64,000 nucleotides of DNA from an uncultured Christensenellaceae bacterium (GCA_964454685.1 CAYVTZ010000010.1:11776-75775), one strand, 5' to 3'; shown: positions 1-9,632, numbered from the stretch's first letter. Notes: generated by a model not told the origin, from the sequence alone. Made by a program: numbers and translations.

Positions 1-805
1 TGGCACGCGCAATGCGATATTCGCCCGTCTCCATGTTTTGCAGCACCGCGCCCGCCGCTTTGCCGTCCTCGTCCAAAATCAGCTCCACTGCCGCAGTGAA
101 ATCCACCACGGGAATCTCGCGGTTCCACACCTCATCGCGCAGGACACGCATGATTTCCGCACCGGAATAATCCTTTGCAGCGTGCATCCGCTTGCGTGAG
201 GTACCGCCGCCGTGCGTGGTAACCATCGTGCCATCCGGCGCTTTGTCAAACATTACGCCAAAATCGTTCAGCCACTGAATTGCCGCAGGCCCCTGCGAAA
301 CCAGCTTTTTCAGCAAATCCGGCTTGTTTGCATAGTGTCCGCCACCCAACGCATCCAAATAGTGAATGGCGGGGGAATCATTTGCCTTATCCGCAGCCTG
401 AATGCCACCTTCTGCCATCATGGTGTTCGCGTCGCCCATGCGCAGCTTGGTCACAATCATCACGCTTGCGCCGCCATTGTGTGCTTCGATCGCTGCGGAA
501 GCACCCGCGCCGCCACCGCCGATCACCAGCACATCCACATCGTACGCCACATCCGAAAGGTCCAGATTCACGTCTGAAATGCGGCTGTTTGCCTGCAACA
601 ACGCTGCCAGCTCCACCGGCACTTTATCCCCTTTGTTGGGGCCAATTTTCAAATCTTCAAATCCCACCGTCCGGTAATCCGGGTGAAATTCGCGCAACAG
701 ATTTTCTTTTTCCTCGGCGCTCATGCGTTTTGGCTCCACGCCGATTCTCGCTTGTCTGCTCGCGTCTACCTTCGCAGCGGACGCAAGCATTTCTGGTGTA
801 AACAT
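1..805 (-). CDS. FAD flavoprotein of the fumarate reductase/succinate dehydrogenase type (FrdA/SdhA/TfrA-like). Only the N-terminal part is present; the gene runs off the left edge of the window.
   Basis: Absent from the ORF track because there is no stop in the window. My own minus-strand translation starts at ATG 805..803, with AGGAGG about 5 nt upstream: MFTPEMLASAAKVD...DVDVLVIGGGGAGASAAIEAHNGGASVMIVTKLRMGDANTMMAEGGIQAA. It has a GGGGAG Rossmann motif typical of SdhA/FrdA/NadB/AprA-type flavoproteins. About 75 aa precede the Rossmann motif. It starts 10 nt after the Fe-S subunit gene. Confidence 0.6.
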   Translation of the reverse strand, partial: MFTPEMLASAAKVDASRQARIGVEPKRMSAEEKENLLREFHPDYRTVGFEDLKIGPNKGDKVPVELAALLQANSRISDVNLDLSDVAYDVDVLVIGGGGAGASAAIEAHNGGASVMIVTKLRMGDANTMMAEGGIQAADKANDSPAIHYLDALGGGHYANKPDLLKKLVSQGPAAIQWLNDFGVMFDKAPDGTMVTTHGGGTSRKRMHAAKDYSGAEIMRVLRDEVWNREIPVVDFTAAVELILDEDGKAAGAVLQNMETGEYRIARA

Positions 806-814
806 AGGCCCCTC

Positions 815-1489
815 CTATTTCTCGATTTCTCTGTGGTTGTACAGCTCTTTCAGCTCTTCCAACGGCTTTCCTGCCACATCCTCCAAGAGCTGTGTGAAAT
901 CGCCCTTTTCGATGTCCGCCACACGCAACGCCAAATGCTCGGATTTGGGCGCGAGATATTTTCCCGTCAGCCGACGTGCAAGCAATGCCACCTGCGGATG
1001 CGTAATCTCGGCAGGGCAGCGTGCGCTGCATGCGCCGCACATCACACAGTCAAAAGACATTTCTGCGCAAGTCTCATATTGCGCGCGCTGTGCATGCGCA
1101 ATATACTGCATTACCTTCAAATCCTGCGTACAGGCCTTGGTGCAGGCATTACACCCGATGCACTTGTAGATTTCCGGATAAAGCTGCATCATGATCTGCT
1201 CATCCGCGCGCACCTCTTCCATATCATACAGCGGCTTCACCGTCGGGAAATACGGCAGTGTCGCCACATACATATCGTTTTCCACCGTAGTCTGGCATGC
1301 CAGGCAAAAGCGGATTGTGTTATCACCCTTGATGCGGTATATCGTGGTACACGCGCCACAAAATCCGTTACGGCAGCCACAGCCGCGCACCAGTTTATAT
1401 CCCGCGTATTCCATTGCCCCCATGATGGTGAGGCCTGATGGGACACTATACTGCTTCCCCATCAGAAAAACGTTTACCATTTGTTCCAT
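815..1489 (-). CDS. Iron-sulfur subunit of the FrdB/SdhB type (N-terminal 2Fe-2S plus two Cys-cluster motifs)
   Basis: 224 aa. CRNGFCGAC...CLAC matches the plant-type 2Fe-2S motif of SdhB/FrdB. CIGCNACTKAC and CVMCGACSARCP are ferredoxin-type cluster motifs. It lies immediately upstream of the flavoprotein gene. Confidence 0.6.
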   Translation of the reverse strand: MEQMVNVFLMGKQYSVPSGLTIMGAMEYAGYKLVRGCGCRNGFCGACTTIYRIKGDNTIRFCLACQTTVENDMYVATLPYFPTVKPLYDMEEVRADEQIMMQLYPEIYKCIGCNACTKACTQDLKVMQYIAHAQRAQYETCAEMSFDCVMCGACSARCPAEITHPQVALLARRLTGKYLAPKSEHLALRVADIEKGDFTQLLEDVAGKPLEELKELYNHREIEK

Positions 1490-1579
1490 TGTCTAACTCC
1501 TCTCAATCACAAATGTCCAAAATCTCTCATTCCTGCTCAAGCTGGATCGAAACCGCCGTTGCGTTTTCGGACAGCGTGA

Positions 1580-2413
1580 TTAATATTCATCCGGCAATTC
1601 ATCCAGCTCGTCGCACCGGAATACCGGACCGTCCTTACAAACATACTTGGAACCGATGTTGCAGCGTCCGCATTTGCCAACGCCGCATTTCATACGCAGC
1701 TCCATCGTCGTAAAAATCTGCGTTTTGTCAAAGCCCATCTCCATCAGCGCCGCCAGCGTAAATTTGATCATGACCGGAGGCCCGCAAACCAGCACCGTTT
1801 TATCCGTGGAAAAATTCAGCTTTTTAACGTATGCGGGTACAAACCCCACATGACCGTCCCAGTCCTCCTCGCCGCAGTCAATGGTCAAATGCACCTCGGT
1901 ATTTTCCGCACCCGGCCACACATTCGTAATGTCGTCATAGTCCACCAGATCCGCTTTGGTGCGCGATCCGTAAACGATGTCAACCTTGCCGTATTGCCCG
2001 CGCTTGTCCAACACGTAGTTGATTACGGAGCGCAGCGGCGCAAGTCCGATTCCGCCCGCAATAAACAGCAAATCTTTGCCCACCAGATCGGTTTCCACAG
2101 GGAACGCATTGCCATACGGCCCTCGAATGGTGATCTGCTGACCCACGTCCATTTGGTGCAGCCAATCCGTCAGGCAGCCACACTTTTTGATGCTGAACTC
2201 CATATATTTCGTGTTGGTAGGCGATGAGGTGATGGAAAACATCGCTTCTCCCACGCCGGGGATGGACAACATCGCGCACTGTCCGGGCATATGCTCAAAA
2301 CATTTCCCGCCGGAAAGCGCCTCCGCACGGAATGTCTTAACATCCGGCGTATCCTGTCTGATGTCTGTGATGACCCCCACATCGGGAATCAGCACGTCGT
2401 TTCTATTGCTCAT
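1580..2413 (-). CDS. FAD/NAD(P)H-binding oxidoreductase with a C-terminal 2Fe-2S (FlxA / AsrB / PyrK / sulfhydrogenase-gamma-like)
   Basis: I place the start at MSNRNDV (2413), in an ATGA overlap with the upstream stop. LFIAGGIGLAPL is an NAD-binding motif. The C-terminal CGVGKCGRCNIGSKYVCKDGPVF cluster motif is typical of the PyrK/AsrB family. Confidence 0.65.
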   Translation of the reverse strand: MSNRNDVLIPDVGVITDIRQDTPDVKTFRAEALSGGKCFEHMPGQCAMLSIPGVGEAMFSITSSPTNTKYMEFSIKKCGCLTDWLHQMDVGQQITIRGPYGNAFPVETDLVGKDLLFIAGGIGLAPLRSVINYVLDKRGQYGKVDIVYGSRTKADLVDYDDITNVWPGAENTEVHLTIDCGEEDWDGHVGFVPAYVKKLNFSTDKTVLVCGPPVMIKFTLAALMEMGFDKTQIFTTMELRMKCGVGKCGRCNIGSKYVCKDGPVFRCDELDELPDEY

Positions 2414-3432
2414 TTCGTGTCCCCCAACGTTCTGATTACTTTTGCGATATTCATGGAAATGGGGCATTTTGCAATGCACCGCCCGCATCCCACGCAGGAA
2501 TACATCCCGTCATTGTTGGCAGGGAAATATACCAGCTTGTGCATAAACCGCTGGCGGAACCGCTCCACCTGCGAGGTGCGCGGATTCCCGTGCGCCATGC
2601 GTGTAAAGTCGGAATACATGCAGGAATCCCAACAGCGATAGCGCTGCACATCCTTACCCGAATCAAAGTCCCGAATGTCATAGCATTGGCAGGTCGGGCA
2701 CACAAAGGTACAGGTGCCGCAGCCGATACACGCCTTGGAAAGCTCCGCCCACTTGGGAGAATCGAAAAACTTCTCCGTCGCCGTTCCGTCAAACTCAGTC
2801 AGATCAAGGTTCGAGAGCGGCAGCTTCTGCAAAATCTCTTTGATCTGTGCCTGCTGTGCCTCCACCGCTGCACCGTCCGCGTCCTCCAGCATAGGAAGCG
2901 ATGACAGCAGCAATTCGCCTTTTTCCGTGATTGCCTGCAAATACAGCGCATCCTGCGTCAGCCACGCGCTTACATCTCCTTTGGGCTGCGTCGCATCGAT
3001 CCCAAATGCCGTGCAAAAACAGGTTTCTTCCGGCTGCGCACATGCCAGCGCGATCACCACACCATGTTCGCGGCGCGATGCGTAGTAGCTGTCCACCGGC
3101 TCGCTTAAAAACACGCGATCCAGCACTTCCATCCCCATCACATCACATCCGCGCATCCCGAACACCACAAAGGGTGCGTCCGGCGCATCCGGCGCGCTTA
3201 CTTTGATCTCCTTGCCCTTCATTTCAAAGGACACCAGATCCTCACTCTGCGGAAAGAACAAATCCTTACCCGATTTCACCGTGTTCAGCACGTTTAAATT
3301 CACACGCGCTTCCGGCGTCCAAGCCGCAAAATCCACTTTGCCCTTTTGCGAAATAGGCAGATATAAGGTCTTGTCGCTTGCGATGGCTGCAAACAGCTCA
3401 TTCAAACGATCCCGCGCAATTTGTTTCATCAT
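2410..3432 (-). CDS. 4Fe-4S dicluster protein, FlxB / AsrA / sulfhydrogenase-beta-like
   Basis: I place the start at MMKQIARD (3432), overlapping the upstream stop (caATGAtg) with GGAGG upstream. Motifs are CIGCGTCTFVCPTCQC and CVGCGRCIAKCP. Confidence 0.6.
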   Translation of the reverse strand: MMKQIARDRLNELFAAIASDKTLYLPISQKGKVDFAAWTPEARVNLNVLNTVKSGKDLFFPQSEDLVSFEMKGKEIKVSAPDAPDAPFVVFGMRGCDVMGMEVLDRVFLSEPVDSYYASRREHGVVIALACAQPEETCFCTAFGIDATQPKGDVSAWLTQDALYLQAITEKGELLLSSLPMLEDADGAAVEAQQAQIKEILQKLPLSNLDLTEFDGTATEKFFDSPKWAELSKACIGCGTCTFVCPTCQCYDIRDFDSGKDVQRYRCWDSCMYSDFTRMAHGNPRTSQVERFRQRFMHKLVYFPANNDGMYSCVGCGRCIAKCPISMNIAKVIRTLGDTK

Positions 3433-4406
3433 TGCGCACCTCCTTTGATCTGGCCCGGCTCCGTGTCGCCTTCTGTAAAGCTGACCAGCGGCCACGGCGA
3501 TTCGTCGTCCGAGCCGGCCTGATAATCTCCGTAGTTCTCGTTGATATCCTTGATAAACTTGCGGTTCAAAAGGTGCAGCGGAATCCCCTGCGGACAAACG
3601 CGAGAGCATTCGCCACAGTCTGTGCACCGCCCCGCCACATGAAATGCGCGGATGATGTGGAACATATTTTCTTCAAAGGTGTCCACATTCGCTTTCGCCG
3701 ACACGCCGGAATCGTCGTTGTCAAAGATGCACTTCAGACAGGAGCACGCAGGGCACGCATTGCGGCAGGCATTACATCGAATGCACTTACTCAGCTCCCC
3801 GCGCCAGAACGCAAAGCGCTCGTCCGGCGTCATCGCCTCCAGCTTCTTCACCATTGCAAAGCGATCATGTTTGCGCAGCTCAAAGGGTTGAGTGTCTGCG
3901 ATCGTATCATCACTGACCATGAATTCTTCGCTCTTGCAGCATAAGCAGCGCTCGATCAACACATCTTTCAGCGCGCACTCACGGTCGCCGTACAGTGTTT
4001 CCAGCTTGAGCATACCGTCCACTTCCTGCGCCGAAAGTACGCCTTTAATGCCTTTTGCGGCAAGCTTGCCCATATCCACATTGCCGTGGCTGGGCACACC
4101 CAGCACATAAACCTTTTCCCGGTCAATGCGGTGTTCCTTCACCAGTTGGTTAAAACTGTATGTGTCGCAAGGCTTCAGCAGCGCCAAGATGCGCCCTTCC
4201 TTCTTGCTTTCCTCAATCAAATATTTGCTCAGGTTTGCGCCGCAAAAGCAGTCGTAAACCAAATTGTCCAATGTATCCGCCGTAAACACTGCCGGTGTGG
4301 TATCATAGCAAAACTCTCCGCCCTGCCAGCCCAACACGCGGTTGACTGTGCCGTCCGCAAGCAGTGCGCGCGCTTTTTGAACGATTGCGTCTCTGATTAC
4401 TTGCAT
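3429..4406 (-). CDS. Fe-S protein, FlxC-like (FrhB/FdhB-type N-terminus plus a 4Fe-4S dicluster)
   Basis: 325 aa. Motifs are CIRCNACRNACPACSC and CTDCGECSRVCP. There is a 10-nt overlap with the mvhD stop. Confidence 0.55.
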   Translation of the reverse strand: MQVIRDAIVQKARALLADGTVNRVLGWQGGEFCYDTTPAVFTADTLDNLVYDCFCGANLSKYLIEESKKEGRILALLKPCDTYSFNQLVKEHRIDREKVYVLGVPSHGNVDMGKLAAKGIKGVLSAQEVDGMLKLETLYGDRECALKDVLIERCLCCKSEEFMVSDDTIADTQPFELRKHDRFAMVKKLEAMTPDERFAFWRGELSKCIRCNACRNACPACSCLKCIFDNDDSGVSAKANVDTFEENMFHIIRAFHVAGRCTDCGECSRVCPQGIPLHLLNRKFIKDINENYGDYQAGSDDESPWPLVSFTEGDTEPGQIKGGAQ

Positions 4407-4840
4407 CGCAAATCCTCCAATCTCTTGTTCTCTCCCAGCTCGCTCACCGTCTGCACAAATTCATTCATCACCTGCGCAAACTTCTGACCTTCCGCCGCAG
4501 AAACCCATTCCACACGCATTCTGCCGCGTTCGATGCCCATGTATTCCAGCATGCTTTGCATCAGCGCAAAGCGGCGGCGGGCATAATAGTTACCCGTGGA
4601 ATAATGGCAATCACCCGGATGGCAACCGTTTACAATCACACCATCCGCGCCACGTTGGAATGCGCGTAAAATAAACAGCGGATTCACCCTGCACGAGCAA
4701 GGCACACGGATAATCTTTACGTTCGCGGGATAATCCAATCTGCTCGTCCCGGCAAGGTCGGCGCCCGCATAGCTGCACCAGTTGCAGCAAAAGGAAACGA
4801 TCAGCGGCGTATATCCGCCCTGTTTGGTCAATTCCTGCAT
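4397..4840 (-). CDS. mvhD: MvhD/FlxD-type protein (methyl-viologen-reducing hydrogenase delta subunit family)
   Basis: I place the start at MQELTKQGG (4840), with GGAGGTG 8 nt upstream. SFCCNWCSYAGADLAG...RVPCSCRV...NGCHPGDCHY is the characteristic MvhD Cys pattern. It overlaps the hdrA stop. Confidence 0.8.
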   Translation of the reverse strand: MQELTKQGGYTPLIVSFCCNWCSYAGADLAGTSRLDYPANVKIIRVPCSCRVNPLFILRAFQRGADGVIVNGCHPGDCHYSTGNYYARRRFALMQSMLEYMGIERGRMRVEWVSAAEGQKFAQVMNEFVQTVSELGENKRLEDLRCK

Positions 4841-6825
4841 ATCGCGTCCACCTCCGCCATAATTTGTTTGTTGGTAAAGCCCTTCAAATCCATCGCGCCG
4901 GACGGGCACGTCACCGTGCACGCGCCGCAGCCTTGGCAAACCGCCTCGTTTACCTGCGCCACCCGCCGCACCTCGCGCTTGCCATGGTCGTTGACTTCGG
5001 TTTCAGTATACGTGATCGCGCCGTATGGGCAAACATTCGCACATGCGCTGCAGCCATTGCACAGCAGGCAATCCGATCCCGCCACACACGGGTTGCATTT
5101 GAGTTTGTCTTTGGCAAGCAGACCAATCACTTTTGCCGCCGCCGCGCCCGCCTGCGCCACGGTCTCCGGAATGTCCTTCGGCCCTTGGCAGATGCCGGAC
5201 AGGAACACGCCCGCCGTGGGACTTTCCACCGGACGCAGCTTGGGGTGTGCCTCCGTGAAGAAATCGTTGGTGTCCATGCTCGCCGTGAGCATCGTTGCCA
5301 GCGGCCTTGCCGATGGGTCAGGCTCCACCGCCGTTGCCAGCACCACCAAATCCGCATCAATGTTCATTTGCTTGTTGCTGATGAGATCGGAAGCCTGCAC
5401 ATGCAGCACTCCGTCCTCCTCTGCCACCTTACCCACCATGCCTTTGACATAGTTCACGCCGTATTGCTCCACCGCGCGGCGTTGGAATTCATCAAAGTTC
5501 TTGCCGGGGGTGCGCACATCAATATAGAATACATACACCTGCGTGTCGGGATATTTTTCCCGAATCATCATCGCGTGTTTCGCCGTATACATGCAGCAGA
5601 TCTTAGAACAGTAGGATTTTCCGCAGCCCTCCGATTCACGCGAGCCCACGCACTGCACAAACACAATGGTATGCGGGTGTTCCTTATCCGAAGGCCGCAG
5701 CAACACGCCCTCCGTCGGTCCCGCGGCATTCATCAGGCGCTCCAGCTCCAGTGATGTGATCACATCCGGGCACTGCGCATACTGAAATTCGTCATAATCC
5801 GCAAGATCGATGGTTTGAAATCCTGTCGCCGCAATGATCGCGCCGTATTGTTTGGTCACGATTTCGTCCTCCTGCTCAAAGCGAATCGCCTTGGAGGGAC
5901 AAATCTTCTCACATACACCGCATTTACCCGTTTTATAGTGGGTGCAATGCTCGTGATCGATGACCGGCACATTGGGAATCGCCTGCGCAAAGGGAATGTA
6001 AATCGCACCGCGATTTTTAAGTCCCATATTAAATTCGCTCTTCGCCTTCTTGCTGGGGCATTTCTCCGCACAAACGCCGCAGCCTGTACACGCTTCCTCG
6101 TCCACATTACGCGCCTTTTTGCGAATGTCCACCGTGAAGTTGCCCACAAATCCCGAAATCTTATCCACCTCGGAATAGGTATACAGATTTATTTTTTCAT
6201 GCTGCGCCGCATCCACCATCTTGGGGGTCAGAATGCACGCCGCACAGTCCAGCGTGGGAAATGTCTTGTCCAGTTGCGCCATCTTACCGCCGATGGTCGG
6301 CAGTTTCTCCACAATGTCCACTTCATAGCCCGCATCCGCAATGTCCAGTGCGGTTTGAATGCCGGCAATGCCGCCGCCAATCACAAGCGCGCGCTTCACC
6401 ACAGGGCTCTCACCCGCAGTCAACGGCGCATTCAGGTTCAGCTTGGCAATGGCAGCTTTGGCGAGGATTATCGCCTTTTCCGTGCCTTCCTGCTTGTCCT
6501 TATGAATCCACGAGCACTGCTCACGAATGTTTGCGATTTCCACCATATACGGGTTCAACCCCGCCGCTTGTGCTGTTCTGCGGAAGGTTGCCTCGTGCAT
6601 ACGCGGCGAACACGCACAAACCACGATTCCCGTCAGATTGTGTTCCTTCACCGCCTCGATGATGCGTGATTGGCCCACCTCCGAGCACATATATTGGTAT
6701 TCCATCGCATAGACCACGCCCGGCTCACTCTTCACCGCCTGCGCGACTGCTTCTACATCCACTGTTGCCGCAATATTACTGCCACACCAGCAGACGAAAA
6801 CTCCGATTCTTTGCAAAATAATCAC
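4828..6825 (-). CDS. hdrA: Heterodisulfide reductase subunit A (FAD, multiple 4Fe-4S)
   Basis: 665 aa. The N-terminal Cys domain reads GVFVCWCGSNIA...VVCACSPRMH. The FAD motif is VIGGGIAGIQTALDIA. Inserted ferredoxin motifs are CTGCGVCAEKCP and CGVCEKICP, and C-terminal motifs are CNGCSACANVCP and CQGCGACTVTCP. The ORF-track start at 6825 is GTG, only 2 nt from AAGGAG. The TTG at 6816 has better spacing, so the start is uncertain by 9 nt. Confidence 0.85.
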   Translation of the reverse strand: MIILQRIGVFVCWCGSNIAATVDVEAVAQAVKSEPGVVYAMEYQYMCSEVGQSRIIEAVKEHNLTGIVVCACSPRMHEATFRRTAQAAGLNPYMVEIANIREQCSWIHKDKQEGTEKAIILAKAAIAKLNLNAPLTAGESPVVKRALVIGGGIAGIQTALDIADAGYEVDIVEKLPTIGGKMAQLDKTFPTLDCAACILTPKMVDAAQHEKINLYTYSEVDKISGFVGNFTVDIRKKARNVDEEACTGCGVCAEKCPSKKAKSEFNMGLKNRGAIYIPFAQAIPNVPVIDHEHCTHYKTGKCGVCEKICPSKAIRFEQEDEIVTKQYGAIIAATGFQTIDLADYDEFQYAQCPDVITSLELERLMNAAGPTEGVLLRPSDKEHPHTIVFVQCVGSRESEGCGKSYCSKICCMYTAKHAMMIREKYPDTQVYVFYIDVRTPGKNFDEFQRRAVEQYGVNYVKGMVGKVAEEDGVLHVQASDLISNKQMNIDADLVVLATAVEPDPSARPLATMLTASMDTNDFFTEAHPKLRPVESPTAGVFLSGICQGPKDIPETVAQAGAAAAKVIGLLAKDKLKCNPCVAGSDCLLCNGCSACANVCPYGAITYTETEVNDHGKREVRRVAQVNEAVCQGCGACTVTCPSGAMDLKGFTNKQIMAEVDAICRN

Positions 6826-6977
6826 TTCTCCTTATACGATACAAGCTCCCTTGCAAGCAGGCGCTTGCGATCCGCGTTCATTACGGCGCGCATGCTTGTG
6901 TTTCCCGCACGTCTGCGCAAAGCTTTGATGATCTCTGCGCCGCGTGCGCCGCACCTGCGCTCCATCTCCGGCTTCAC
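6822..6977 (-). CDS. Candidate unannotated 51-aa ORF in the hdrC-hdrA spacer
   Basis: Below the ORF-track length cut-off. It begins at GTG 6977 (GAGGG 7 nt upstream), with an in-frame ATG at 6965. Translation: MKPEMERRCGARGAEIIKALRRRAGNTSMRAVMNADRKRLLARELVSYKEK. The stop TGA (6824..6822) overlaps the hdrA GTG as GTGA. Third-position G+C counted by hand is clearly higher in this frame than in the competing 61-aa frame. Confidence 0.3.
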   Translation of the reverse strand: MKPEMERRCGARGAEIIKALRRRAGNTSMRAVMNADRKRLLARELVSYKEK

Positions 6978-7007
6978 AGACAAGCCCTCGGCTGCCCCAG
7001 ATCGGGA

Positions 7008-7403
7008 TTATTTCCAATACTTCCGCAATGCGCTGATAATCGCCTGCTGTGGCAATTCGCCGTCTACAAGCGGCGGCACATCCTGTGCGTTCATGTGGTC
7101 TCCGCCTTTTTCACGGATCACCATCAATCGCACTGCCTCAATCAGCTTTGCGGGCTCCACATTACGCGGACAGCGTTCCATACAGGCAAAGCAGGAAAGG
7201 CAACGCCATAGCGATTCCGATTCCATCAGCTCGCGGATGCGCCCGTCCTTCACCATGACCACAAATTGATGCGGATGATATTCCATCTCGTCATATGCAG
7301 GGCAGGTGCCGGAGCATTTTCCGCACACCATACACTTTTTAGGATCTACCCCGCTCACGCGCAATACGGTTTCTTTGAGTTCATTTTGGGAAAGATTGCT
7401 CAC
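7008..7403 (-). CDS. hdrC: Heterodisulfide reductase subunit C (2x 4Fe-4S)
   Basis: 131 aa. Motifs are CMVCGKCSGTCP and CLSCFACMERCP. There is a 4-nt overlap with hdrB. Confidence 0.75.
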   Translation of the reverse strand: MSNLSQNELKETVLRVSGVDPKKCMVCGKCSGTCPAYDEMEYHPHQFVVMVKDGRIRELMESESLWRCLSCFACMERCPRNVEPAKLIEAVRLMVIREKGGDHMNAQDVPPLVDGELPQQAIISALRKYWK

Positions 7404-8200
7404 TTTGCGCCTCCTTCCGCCACGCCCAGCGCTTCTGCCAGCAGCTTCGTGAAGTATACGACTTCCACGCCGCTTTCTGCGCTGTTTTCTTCTAAATTAT
7501 AGCGGCACAGCGGACATGCCGTCACCACCATCTGTGCGCCTTTTTTAGATGCCGAAGCAAGCGCCTGTTTGCACAGACGCGCCGTGTCCTCTTTGTTTTC
7601 CATCACCACATATCCGCCGCAGCATTCATTGCGGTAGGGATAAATGACCGGCTCTCCGCCCAAAGCACGAATGAAATCCTCCATGATTGTGGGGTTCTCC
7701 GGCTTGTCAAACTGCATCTCTTTGCCCGGACGCAGCAGCAGGCAGCCGTAGTATGCGCCGATTTTTTTCCCTGTCAGCGGGTGCACCACGCGCTTTGCAA
7801 TTTCATCGAAGCCTACTTTATCGCGCAGCACTTCAAAATAGTGCAGCACCTGCGTCTCACCGGCATACGGTTGTTCCAACTGTAAATACTGATTGACCTT
7901 GGTGCGCATTTCCTCGTTTTTCTGCATGTCGTTGTTCACGCGCTTGATTACGTGATGGCATGCCGAACACAACGTCACCAGCTCCCCACGCTCCGCGCTC
8001 TGCGCCAGTGTGCGCACCGCCGAAAGCTTGGTTGCATATTCGTCTGTCGCCATGGGATACACCGCGCCGCAACACTGCCATTCTTCCAGCTCGCACAAAT
8101 TCACGCCCAACGCCTGTGCCGCGCTGCGCGCATAAACGTCCAGCTCTTTCGCCTGCGTTTTGAGCGTACAGCCCGGATAATAGTTCAAGTCCATAGACAT
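7400..8200 (-). CDS. hdrB: Heterodisulfide reductase subunit B (two CCG domains)
   Basis: 266 aa. It starts MSMDLNYYPGC. The first CCG motif is EEWQCCGAVYP...CSACHH and the second is NECCGGY...TACPLCRYN. Confidence 0.8.
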   Translation of the reverse strand: MSMDLNYYPGCTLKTQAKELDVYARSAAQALGVNLCELEEWQCCGAVYPMATDEYATKLSAVRTLAQSAERGELVTLCSACHHVIKRVNNDMQKNEEMRTKVNQYLQLEQPYAGETQVLHYFEVLRDKVGFDEIAKRVVHPLTGKKIGAYYGCLLLRPGKEMQFDKPENPTIMEDFIRALGGEPVIYPYRNECCGGYVVMENKEDTARLCKQALASASKKGAQMVVTACPLCRYNLEENSAESGVEVVYFTKLLAEALGVAEGGAK

Positions 8201-8215
8201 ACTCCCTTGTCCTGT

Positions 8216-8246
8216 GCTCCGGCATCAAACAGCTTGATGCCGGAGC
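8216..8246 (-). promoter_or_regulatory. Perfect 13-bp stem-loop between fumC and hdrB, with no U-tract
   Basis: GCTCCGGCATCAA (8216-8228), loop ACAGC, then TTGATGCCGGAGC (8234-8246). It sits 9 nt after the fumC stop and directly before the hdrB RBS. Confidence 0.4.
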
Positions 8247-8254
8247 GCTCTCGT

Positions 8255-9619
8255 TTAAATCATCTCTTCGGGGTGGAACACCTCGTCGAACTTTTCTTCG
8301 GTCAGGAATCCCAGCGATATGCAGGCCTCCTTGAGTGAAATGTTCTCCTTGTGCGCCTTCTTCGCTGTTTTGGCAGCATTGTCATACCCGATGTACGGGT
8401 TCAGCGCCGTCACCAACATCAAAGAATTATGCAGGTTGTGTTCCATCTTTTCGCGGTTTGCCTCAATGCCCACCGCACAGTTTTTGTTGAAGGACGCGAT
8501 GCCGTCCGCCAGCAACCGTACCGACTGCAAGAAATTGTAAATGCACACCGGCATGAACACATTCAGTTCAAAGTTGCCCTGCGATGCCGCCATGCCCACC
8601 GCCACATCGTTTGCCATCACCTGTACGGCAATCATCGTCAGCGATTCGCACTGCGTCGGATTCACCTTGCCCGGCATAATAGAACTACCCGGCTCATTTT
8701 CCGGAATGAAAATCTCTCCAAGGCCGCAGCGCGGGCCGCTTGACAGCCAACGCACGTCATTTGCAATCTTCATGAGGTTCGCTGCCAGCGCTTTCAGCGC
8801 ACCATGTGCGAAAACCAGTTCGTCCTTGGAGGTCAGCGCATGGAATTTGTTCTCCGCCGTCACAAAGTCTTTGTCGGTCAGCACGCCCACTTGCTTTGCA
8901 ATTTCTTCGGCGAATCCTGCCGGCGCATTCAGCCCCGTGCCCACAGCCGTGCCGCCCAGTGCCAATTCCTTCAATCCGCCCAGCGAATCTTTCAGCATCT
9001 GTTTGGTCTTTTCGATCATGTTGCGCCAGCCGCTCACTTCTTGCGAAAACGCAATGGGCGTCGCGTCCTGAAGGTGTGTGCGTCCGCTCTTCACGATGCC
9101 TTCGCTCTCCTTCTCAATACGCGCGAATGTGGCAATCAACTCATCCATCTGCGGAATCAGCGCATCCTCAATGCCAATCACCGCCGCAATGTGCATCGCG
9201 GTGGGGAAGGTATCGTTGGAGCTTTGCGATTTGTTTACATCGTCGTTCGGGTGCAAGATCGCCTGTCCCGCAATCTCGTTGCCGCGATTTGCGATCACTT
9301 CATTGGCATTCATGTTGGACTGCGTGCCGCTGCCCGTCTGCCAAACCACCAGCGGGAAATGATCGTTGAGTTTTCCGGCGATCACCTCGTCACACGCCGC
9401 GCTGATCGCATTTTTCTTGGCTTCGTCCAGCTTGCCTAAATTGCAGTTTGCAATCGCCGCCGCCTTCTTTAAAATGCCAAACGCATGTGTGATCTCGCGG
9501 GGCATCACTTCCCCGCCGATTTCAAAATTTTGGAGGCTGCGCTGTGTCTGTGCCGCCCAATATCTGTCCGCGGGAACCTGCATTTCCCCCATCGAATCGC
9601 GTTCAATCCGGTATTCCAT
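8255..9619 (-). CDS. fumC: Class II fumarate hydratase
   Basis: The signature [15 protein letters not shown] matches FumC; AspA has PVxPE at this point. The N-terminus reads [29 protein letters not shown] prefer the ATG at 9619 (GGAGG upstream) over the track start at 9640. Confidence 0.85.
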   Translation of the reverse strand: MEYRIERDSMGEMQVPADRYWAAQTQRSLQNFEIGGEVMPREITHAFGILKKAAAIANCNLGKLDEAKKNAISAACDEVIAGKLNDHFPLVVWQTGSGTQSNMNANEVIANRGNEIAGQAILHPNDDVNKSQSSNDTFPTAMHIAAVIGIEDALIPQMDELIATFARIEKESEGIVKSGRTHLQDATPIAFSQEVSGWRNMIEKTKQMLKDSLGGLKELALGGTAVGTGLNAPAGFAEEIAKQVGVLTDKDFVTAENKFHALTSKDELVFAHGALKALAANLMKIANDVRWLSSGPRCGLGEIFIPENEPGSSIMPGKVNPTQCESLTMIAVQVMANDVAVGMAASQGNFELNVFMPVCIYNFLQSVRLLADGIASFNKNCAVGIEANREKMEHNLHNSLMLVTALNPYIGYDNAAKTAKKAHKENISLKEACISLGFLTEEKFDEVFHPEEMI

Positions 9620-9632
9620 CGCATTACCTCCC

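Noticed and set aside
1580-3432. Anaerobic sulfite reductase AsrAB.
   Set aside because: The two proteins resemble AsrB and AsrA, but there is no siroheme subunit (AsrC). They are embedded in an hdrBCA-mvhD context typical of Flx-type modules.
6832-7017. A 61-aa ORF from the track in the hdrC-hdrA gap.
   Set aside because: It overlaps the hdrC 3' end, has a TTG start without a good RBS, is very Arg-rich and has lower third-position G+C than the alternative 51-aa frame.
8255-9619. Aspartate ammonia-lyase.
   Set aside because: The signature reads [15 protein letters not shown], as in FumC. AspA has a different continuation after KVNP.
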